Shown here: positions 26,978-34,130 of the stretch, one piece after another
How positions within the stretch are numbered: the first letter of the stretch is position 1
Layout of the letters: each line of letters opens with the position of its first letter
Virus record (IMG/VR): IMGVR_UViG_2859799533_000006
Strand: one strand, 5' to 3'
Origin: a virus
Taxonomy: Duplodnaviria > Heunggongvirae > Uroviricota > Caudoviricetes
Length of the DNA: 34,130 nt
Position numbers and translations under genes: made by a program
The notes under the pieces: generated by a model
Databases searched by the model: none
What the model was told of the DNA's origin: nothing
The model's input: only the letters and a program-made list of their open reading frames with translations

Positions 26978-27226
26978 ATGACCGTTATCGAGTATATCCA
27001 GGAAAATCCAGATTGCAGTAGAGAAGATATATCCCTCGCACTTGGAAGAAGCGCAACTTCTATCAGTAATAAATTATCACGGTTATTGTGGAATGGGTTA
27101 ATAGTACGAACTGGAGAAAAAAACAAAATGATTCTGTACTGCGTAAACAATCTGCCGTTTGGATACAGCAATCCCCTAAGTGTTATGTTCAACCAGTTAC
27201 TTAAACAGGTAAGAAATGGCAACTGA
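26978..27226 (+). CDS. small putative winged-helix DNA-binding protein
   Basis: MTVIEYIQENPDCSREDISLALGRSATSISNKLSRLLWNGLIVRTGEKNKMILY...; start chosen at the internal Met of ORF 26936..27226. Confidence 0.45.
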   Translation: MTVIEYIQENPDCSREDISLALGRSATSISNKLSRLLWNGLIVRTGEKNKMILYCVNNLPFGYSNPLSVMFNQLLKQVRNGN

Positions 27227-27533
27227 CTCACAACTAACCATAGAAACGGCCCTGAATGTCGGCCTGGCGCTCCTTGGTTATTTTTACATCGTGTTCTGCA
27301 GCGGACGGTGGCTGTCGCTGTTGTTCCTGAAAAAATGGAATAAACGCCGTAAGCAGGATGAACGCCAGAAGGCAATGAATGCGTTTTCCGAAGCCTTCGG
27401 AATTGACGGCATGGAACCAGGGGATCCAGCTCGCGCAATCAGCAGAGGGGGTGTAGTAATCCTTGTATATCGGAGTGAAGAGAAAAATGACGATCACAAA
27501 ACAACGAGTAGAAAAAATCATATATCGCCATGA
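27216..27533 (+). CDS. small membrane protein
   Basis: N-terminal TM helix LNVGLALLGYFYIVFCSGRWLSLLFL followed by a basic stretch. Confidence 0.4.
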   Translation: MATDSQLTIETALNVGLALLGYFYIVFCSGRWLSLLFLKKWNKRRKQDERQKAMNAFSEAFGIDGMEPGDPARAISRGGVVILVYRSEEKNDDHKTTSRKNHISP

Positions 27534-27801
27534 AATGGGACTGAACAGCGATGTCACTGCCGAAGAGGTTTATGACCTGGCTGTACTGGCGCTGAATTTA
27601 TCAAATATCGCAAACCTGAAGCGATACGAGCTTGATATGGATGGTTGCGACTCGTGCGGTCAGGATTGTGGCGCAGATATGACTGAAGATCCTGATGGTG
27701 ATTATGTCCTGTTTGATGACGTGGTTAAGTTGTTTGAATTTGATACAACCACTCAAAAGTTAGAAATCCCGGCAAAGGAGGCTGCCAGTGAGCAAGATTG
27801 A
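27487..27801 (+). CDS. hypothetical acidic protein with CxxC motif
   Basis: MTITKQRVEKIIYRHEMGLNSDV...DGCDSCGQDCGADMTEDPDGDYVLFDD. Confidence 0.45.
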   Translation: MTITKQRVEKIIYRHEMGLNSDVTAEEVYDLAVLALNLSNIANLKRYELDMDGCDSCGQDCGADMTEDPDGDYVLFDDVVKLFEFDTTTQKLEIPAKEAASEQD

Positions 27802-28242
27802 CTATCAGGCACTGCGCGAGGCGGCGGAACAGGCAACGCAAGATGAATGGGTAGCATATATTTTGCCGGGTCATAACGGCATTTATCCTGCGCGCACGTC
27901 TGAGGGTAGGCATTGCGGATACTTTATTGACTGGCCTGGCGTCTGTCAGGGGCGGGAGAGCATCAGCATCAGAACCTACGCAGTGAATTGCAATGACGCA
28001 TGGCTAAACACCGAAGGTGATGACATCTCCGGCTCATACGTTAAGTACAAAGACCATCAGGAAGTGGTTGCCGCTCTTGAAGCCAAGTGCGCGGCGCTGG
28101 CAGCGGAGAATGCGGGAATAAAGTCTGCAATTCCAGAATCACGGGATATTGAGGATGACAATGACAATATGGATGACGTATCTCTCGCGGAAGACTTCGG
28201 GTTCAATCATGCAATAGAACGGATGAGGAGACAGATTGAACC
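27788..28242 (+). pseudogene. Ead/Ea22-like protein, C-terminus disrupted by IS629 insertion two codons before the native stop
   Basis: MSKIDYQALREAAEQATQDEWVAY... is the Ead/Ea22-like N-terminal signature; reading across the 3-bp target duplication gives ...RMRRQID-T-stop. Confidence 0.65.
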
Positions 28243-28278
28243 GCCCCGGGTTTCCTGGAGAGTGTTTTATCTGTGAAC

Positions 28279-29169
28279 TCAGGCTGCCAGATCATCGTTT
28301 CCGATGGAAGCATAATAAGCTTTTTCTGCTTCTGCCGGAGGAGTATGGCCCAGCCTTTCCAGCAATCGTCGATTGTTATACCAGTCCACCCACGTGAGTG
28401 TGGCCAGTTCCACTTCTGCACAGTTTTTCCAGCTCTTACGGTGTATTACCTCCGCTTTGTAAAGACCATTGATGCTCTCCGCCATCGCGTTGTCATACGA
28501 GTCGCCTGTACTTCCTGTTGATGCCAGTAATCCGGCTTCCTTAAGCCGCTGTGTGTAGGCCAGCGATACATACTGAGAACCTTTATCACTGTGATGGACC
28601 GTGCCGGACGGTCGACGGGCCCATAACGCCTGCTCCAGAGCATCCAGCACGAATGTCGTTTCCATGGACGATGAGACCCGCCACCCCACGATGTATCCGG
28701 CAAACACATCAATGATGAACGCCACATAGACGAAGCCCTGCCATGTGCTGACGTAAGTAAAATCAGCCACCCACAGCTGGTCAGGTCGTTCTGCCACGAA
28801 CTGACGGTTTACGCGGTCGCCTGCGGCAACGGCTTTCCGGCTGATGGTCGTACGGACCTTTTTACCCCGGAGAACACCGGCAAGTCCCATAACCGCCATG
28901 AGACGTGCCACAGTGCATCTGGCCACTCTGATACCTTCCCGTAACAACTGACGCCAGACTTTACGCACACCGTATACCTGATGATTCCCATCGTATACGC
29001 GCAGTATCTCTTTCTTCAGCCAGTCATCGCGCTGCGCACGGGCACTGCGTTTATCAGGATGATGTCGCTGTTGCTGACAGTGGTAATACGTTGACGGGGC
29101 AATATGCAGTTCACTGCATACCGGTCCGACCCCGTACAGCTTACGCAGCTTATCCAGCAGTGGCATCAC
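28279..29169 (-). CDS. IS629 transposase OrfB
   Basis: Identical to the copy 1 OrfB except one residue (Cys for Arg in SWKNCAEVE). Confidence 0.9.
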   Translation of the reverse strand: MMPLLDKLRKLYGVGPVCSELHIAPSTYYHCQQQRHHPDKRSARAQRDDWLKKEILRVYDGNHQVYGVRKVWRQLLREGIRVARCTVARLMAVMGLAGVLRGKKVRTTISRKAVAAGDRVNRQFVAERPDQLWVADFTYVSTWQGFVYVAFIIDVFAGYIVGWRVSSSMETTFVLDALEQALWARRPSGTVHHSDKGSQYVSLAYTQRLKEAGLLASTGSTGDSYDNAMAESINGLYKAEVIHRKSWKNCAEVELATLTWVDWYNNRRLLERLGHTPPAEAEKAYYASIGNDDLAA

Positions 29170-29492
29170 TTTTTCCAGAGGCGGTCGAACTCCGCCTTCG
29201 CAAAATAAGCGGAAGCCTGGCGAAGGATATCGTTACTGCGGCGCAGTTCACGATTTTCACGCTCCAGCTCTTTCAGACGCTGACGTTCAGCGGTGGTGAG
29301 CCCTCCATCACCGCCCCCGGTATCCCGCTCATGCTGGCGAACCCAGACACGCAGAGTCTCCGGCGTACAGCCAATCTTTGGAGCAATGGAACAAATTGTC
29401 GCCCATTGTGAGTCATATTCGCCCTGACTTTCCAGAACCATACGGACTGCCCGTTGACGGACTTCGGGGGAAAAACGAGTATTTTTAGTCAT
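29166..29492 (-). CDS. IS629 transposase OrfA
   Basis: Identical to copy 1 OrfA. Confidence 0.9.
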   Translation of the reverse strand: MTKNTRFSPEVRQRAVRMVLESQGEYDSQWATICSIAPKIGCTPETLRVWVRQHERDTGGGDGGLTTAERQRLKELERENRELRRSNDILRQASAYFAKAEFDRLWKK

Positions 29493-29776
29493 CCTGTTTA
29501 CCTCTTTCTCAGGAAGTTTAGTCTCCAGGATTCCCGGGGCGGTTCAGATACCTGAAACGCCAACCACTGATGCTTTCCTGGCTGAAGTCCGGGCGCAGGG
29601 GTGGATGCTGCTATAGAAGCTGCAAAAAATCTGGTGGCCCAAGAATATGAGTGTAAGGATTTCAAAGCGGCGCAGAGTGATTGCTGTATGCACCCTAGTT
29701 CAGACCTGGTAGGGAAGGTTGAAATGACTGAGTGGTTAGTTGACTTTGCTGCCCAGCTTCGCAAAGGAGGCAATCA

Positions 29777-30313
29777 GTGAGCGAAATTAATTACCAGGCA
29801 CTGCGTGAGGTGGCGGAACGTGCAATTCCAGCAATGGAACGCCTGTTAATGTTGCCAGTTGATGATGATTTGTTAAGTGAACAGGAACTTAAAGATTACG
29901 GTGTGGATATTGATGCGCTCAATGCCTTCAAATTTCTGACCGGACCAGAAACCGTGCTGGCACTACTGGATGAACGGGAAAGAAACCAGCAATACATCAA
30001 ACGCCGCGACCAGGAGAACGAGGATATTGCGCTTACGGTTGGGAAGCTGCGCGTTGAGCTTGAAGCAGCCAAATCAAAACTCAACGAGCAGCGCGAGTAT
30101 TACGAGGGAGTTATCTCTGATGGGTGCAAGCGTATTGCTGAACTGGAAGCGCGGGAAGTTCAATTACCGACTCGCTACGACCTTCGATATGGACACCCGA
30201 TAAATGCATATGAGCGACAAGTCATGATACCTAAAGAAAATGGCAGTTGGCTTTACCTGATTGACCTAGAACACGCATTACGCGTCGCTGACATTCGCAT
30301 CAAAGGAGAGTGA
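29777..30313 (+). CDS. Ead/Ea22-like protein
   Basis: MSEINYQALREVAERAIPAMERL... shares the N-terminal signature with ORF 27788; coiled-coil middle; GGAGG RBS. Confidence 0.65.
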   Translation: MSEINYQALREVAERAIPAMERLLMLPVDDDLLSEQELKDYGVDIDALNAFKFLTGPETVLALLDERERNQQYIKRRDQENEDIALTVGKLRVELEAAKSKLNEQREYYEGVISDGCKRIAELEAREVQLPTRYDLRYGHPINAYERQVMIPKENGSWLYLIDLEHALRVADIRIKGE

Positions 30314-30314
30314 T

Positions 30315-30614
30315 ATGGCGTTAACACACCACGAACTCTGTCAGATTGCGTACAAGTTCCTTAAGCGCAACGGGTTCAAGGTTTGCTTTCATGACCGCTT
30401 TGTTGCTGTAACCAGTACCGGAGAACAGCCAGATGCTATGGGATTCAGAAATTCAGCATCATGCCTGATAGAGGCGAAGTGTTCTCGTGCTGACTTGTTG
30501 GCAGATAGAAAAAAGCGTTTCCGTAAAAATCCCTCACTTGGCATGGGCGACTGGCGATTCTTTATTAGTGAGCCGGAAATTATTTCAGTTGAGGATTTAC
30601 CTCCCGGCTGGGGA
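30315..30614 (+). pseudogene. hypothetical prophage protein interrupted by IS911 (5' part); continues at 31863..32081
   Basis: Reading across the target duplication joins ...ISVEDLPPGWG to LLHVVNGRVRKVHGW...; the second segment is ORF 31848..32081. Confidence 0.6.
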
Positions 30615-30686
30615 TGAAGTGGCACACTGAATTTGGCCACCTGAACAGAGGTGATATGCTCACCTCAGAACAACACAGGTGCTCCA

Positions 30687-31854
<1,168 letters not shown>

Positions 31855-31862
31855 CCACTTCA

Positions 31863-32081
31863 GGATTACTTCACGTTGTTAACGGAAGAGTACGGAAAGT
31901 ACATGGATGGCCCAGGGGTAATTGCTGTTGGGGTAATCCTGACGATAAGCCATTTACCGGGAATAAGCAGGTTGAATGCGATTACATGTTATCTGCATTA
32001 AGGCGCATGGAGTTGAGAGGGCACCTTAATGAAATATATGACGGTGTGATTGTTAATAAGAAAGAAGGAAACGCGGCATGA
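31863..32081 (+). pseudogene. 3' part of the IS911-interrupted hypothetical gene
   Basis: In frame with 30315..30614 across the GGA duplication. Confidence 0.55.
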
Positions 32082-33022
32082 TCACTATTACCAAAGGGCG
32101 ACTGCTGACAATCAAGCAGTGGCGCGAAACATACGGACCGGGTAGCAACGTTGTACTGCCAGCAGAAGAAGCGGAAGAACTGGCACGGATTGCACTGGCA
32201 TCATTGGAAGCAGATCCAGTTAAACGAGTTAACTCAGATCAGATGCACCGAGTCTGCTTAGAAGCTAATCGCTATTTAGATAAATATGACGCGATGGCGA
32301 AAGAGGTAAATAAGTTGCTTGGACGCATCGCCCCGCCAGCGCCAGTATTTAACGGCGAATACGGTGACGCATATCAGGGCGCTCGTGAAGACCTGTCCAT
32401 CTGGAAACGGCGAGCGCTTGAAGCTGATGAGCACGTTCGGCGACTGGAGCAAATCAATGACCACATGGTGAAAGAGGCGCAGGGAGAATCACGCATGGGC
32501 GAGCCTGTAATACGTGAGCCAGCACCGGTAGTGCCTGAAGAAGCAACTCCGGAAAACGTAGAAATGCTCTCTGGCTATGTTTCAACGTACAAATTAACCG
32601 ATAGCGAGCGCGATATTGCTGCCGAAATATGGAACGCCTGCCGCGCCGCCATGCTTCAGTCCGGAAACTTTCGGGAAAACAAGAATTCGTCAACCAATAA
32701 TTTTCGGGAAATCGCGGAAACGTCAACCAACTATCCGGCAATTCCTAGTGAGGTGTTGTCCGCAATCCTGAAGGTTGCCAGGATTCGTGCCGATTTCGAT
32801 GATTTTGACGGTGACAGGCGAGGTATCGGTGATTGTCTGGATGAGGCTGAGCAAGAGCTTATCGTTACCATTAACAAATATGCCAGTCAGTTGGCAGCAG
32901 AACCTATAGCGCCTAATGACGTTCGAGAGCAGACAGCCATTCCACAAGTTCCGGTAATTCCGGATGGTTGGATAAGCTGTAGTGAGCGAATGCCGGACGA
33001 CAGGCAGGAGGTGAATCAATGA
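32078..33022 (+). CDS. hypothetical prophage early-region protein
   Basis: 314-aa ORF overlapping the previous stop (ATGA); acidic, partly coiled-coil. Confidence 0.5.
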   Translation: MITITKGRLLTIKQWRETYGPGSNVVLPAEEAEELARIALASLEADPVKRVNSDQMHRVCLEANRYLDKYDAMAKEVNKLLGRIAPPAPVFNGEYGDAYQGAREDLSIWKRRALEADEHVRRLEQINDHMVKEAQGESRMGEPVIREPAPVVPEEATPENVEMLSGYVSTYKLTDSERDIAAEIWNACRAAMLQSGNFRENKNSSTNNFREIAETSTNYPAIPSEVLSAILKVARIRADFDDFDGDRRGIGDCLDEAEQELIVTINKYASQLAAEPIAPNDVREQTAIPQVPVIPDGWISCSERMPDDRQEVNQ

Positions 33023-33102
33023 GCTGGCCTGATGCAATCGTAACTCTGGGGGTGGTATTCGCAGCAGCGTTTGTTGTGTTCTCGATTTGTCGATGGGGAT
33101 AA
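33019..33102 (+). CDS. 27-aa hydrophobic peptide (not in the ORF track), translationally coupled to the upstream gene
   Basis: ATG overlaps the upstream TGA; GGAGGTG RBS; MSWPDAIVTLGVVFAAAFVVFSICRWG is a single predicted TM helix. Confidence 0.4.
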   Translation: MSWPDAIVTLGVVFAAAFVVFSICRWG

Positions 33103-33106
33103 CCAC

Positions 33107-33349
33107 ATGTTCGCTTTGATTCAACGCGGTCAGATATACACGGACAGAGCTGGATACCCCGTGGTGATTACTCGCATCACTGAGCACTCAGTGTTCTTTC
33201 GACGGATGGACGGACGATCCGGGCGGGTACGCATTGGTGAGTTAAACTGCCTGTTCGAACATATTGACCACCAGGAGTACCGCAAAATTCTCGCGGACAC
33301 TGAGCAGGAAAAGCACCTGAAAAAATTACGAGCCATAAAAAGGAAGTAA
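33107..33349 (+). CDS. hypothetical protein
   Basis: MFALIQRGQIYTDRAGYPVVITRITEHSVFFRRMDGRSGRVRIGELNCLFEHIDHQEYRK... Confidence 0.4.
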   Translation: MFALIQRGQIYTDRAGYPVVITRITEHSVFFRRMDGRSGRVRIGELNCLFEHIDHQEYRKILADTEQEKHLKKLRAIKRK

Positions 33350-33423
33350 AGAATGAATAAAGCATTTGGGTGATGCTGCCAACTTACTGATTTAGTGTAT
33401 GATGGTGTTTTTGAGGTGCTCCA

Positions 33424-33699
33424 GTGGCTTCTGTTTCTATCAGCTGTCCCTCCTGTTCAGCTACTGACGGGGTGGTGCGTAACGGCAAAAGCACTGCCGG
33501 ACATCAGCGCTATCTCTGCTCTCACTGCCGTAAAACATGGCAACTGCAGTTCACTTACACCGCCTCTCAACCCGGTACGCACCAGAAAATTATTGATATG
33601 GCCATGAATGGCGTTGGATGCCGGGCAACTGCACGCATTATGGGCGTTAGCCTCAACACGATTTTACGTCACTTAAAAAACTCAGGCCGCAGTCGGTAA
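33424..33699 (+). CDS. insA: IS1 protein InsA
   Basis: [43 protein letters not shown]... (91 aa, zinc finger plus HTH). Confidence 0.9.
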   Translation: MASVSISCPSCSATDGVVRNGKSTAGHQRYLCSHCRKTWQLQFTYTASQPGTHQKIIDMAMNGVGCRATARIMGVSLNTILRHLKNSGRSR

Positions 33700-33743
33700 C
33701 CTCGCGCATACAGCCGGGCAGTGACGTCATCGTCTGCGCGGAA

Positions 33744-34130
33744 ATGGACGAACAGTGGGGATACGTCGGGGCTAAATCGCGCCAGCGCTGGCTGTTTTAC
33801 GCGTATGACAGGCTCCGGAAGACGGTTGTTGCGCACGTATTCGGTGAACGCACTATGGCGACGCTGGGGCGTCTTATGAGCTTGCTGTCACCCTTTGACG
33901 TGGTGATATGGATGACGGATGGCTGGCCACTGTATGAATCCCGCCTGAAGGGAAAGCTGCACGTAATCAGCAAGCGATATACGCAGCGAATTGAGCGGCA
34001 TAACCTGAATCTGAGGCAGCACCTGGCACGGCTGGGACGGCTGGGACGGAAGTCGCTGTCGTTCTCAAAATCGGTGGAGCTGCATGACAAAGTCATCGGG
34101 CATTATCTGAACATAAAACACTATCAATAA
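33744..34130 (+). CDS. insB: IS1 InsB (expressed as InsAB' by programmed -1 frameshift)
   Basis: [44 protein letters not shown]...; stop at the last three bases of the window. Confidence 0.85.
   Translation: MDEQWGYVGAKSRQRWLFYAYDRLRKTVVAHVFGERTMATLGRLMSLLSPFDVVIWMTDGWPLYESRLKGKLHVISKRYTQRIERHNLNLRQHLARLGRLGRKSLSFSKSVELHDKVIGHYLNIKHYQ

Larger units (their letters stand above)
28237..29546 (-). mobile_element. IS629 copy 2; 3-bp target duplication GAT
   Basis: 1310 bp with the same termini as copy 1; flanking GAT at 28234..28236 and 29547..29549; at least two substitutions relative to copy 1. Confidence 0.9.
33369..34130 (+). mobile_element. IS1 (truncated by the window end)
   Basis: Left terminus GGTGATGCTGCCAACTTACTGATTTAGTGTATGATGGTG at 33369; insA and insB present; 768-bp element would end just beyond the window. 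Confidence 0.85.

Noticed and set aside
29498-29773. 91-aa minus-strand ORF between IS629 copy 2 and the Ead-like gene
   Set aside because: Starts inside the IS629 terminus and reads antisense through the promoter region of the Ead-like gene; no RBS or motif support.

Overview
The window reads as a decayed, IS-riddled lambdoid prophage of the E. coli/Shigella type, laid out like a Stx phage but with no stx genes. Nothing here was searched against a database; every call rests on reading the six-frame translations and the sequence by eye. From 4.4 to 23.4 kb the phage rightward operon runs on the minus strand: Rha-type regulators, a replication module (initiator, DnaC-like loader, DnaB-like helicase), a DUF968-like protein, RusA, antiterminator Q, an adenine methylase, three tRNAs, an AT-rich cargo slot where stx would sit, a NanS-p-type esterase, and a phage-21-type lysis cassette (pinholin, SAR endolysin, Rz/Rz1). 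No terminase or structural genes follow. The immunity and early-left genes lie on the plus strand from 21.5 kb onward (LexA-like cI repressor, an XRE regulator, small ea-type genes, Ead/Ea22-like proteins). Seven insertion sequences are present: an IS66-family element inserted into an IS3-family orfA, an IS110-family recombinase gene, IS2 split by IS629, a second IS629, IS911 and a partial IS1 at the window edge. Many genes are broken, by three in-frame stop codons and four homopolymer-associated frameshifts. No single clearly novel system stands out; the best leads are the structured non-coding DNA flanking the IS110-family recombinase (possible bridge RNA) and several uncharacterised cargo genes at classic prophage hotspots.
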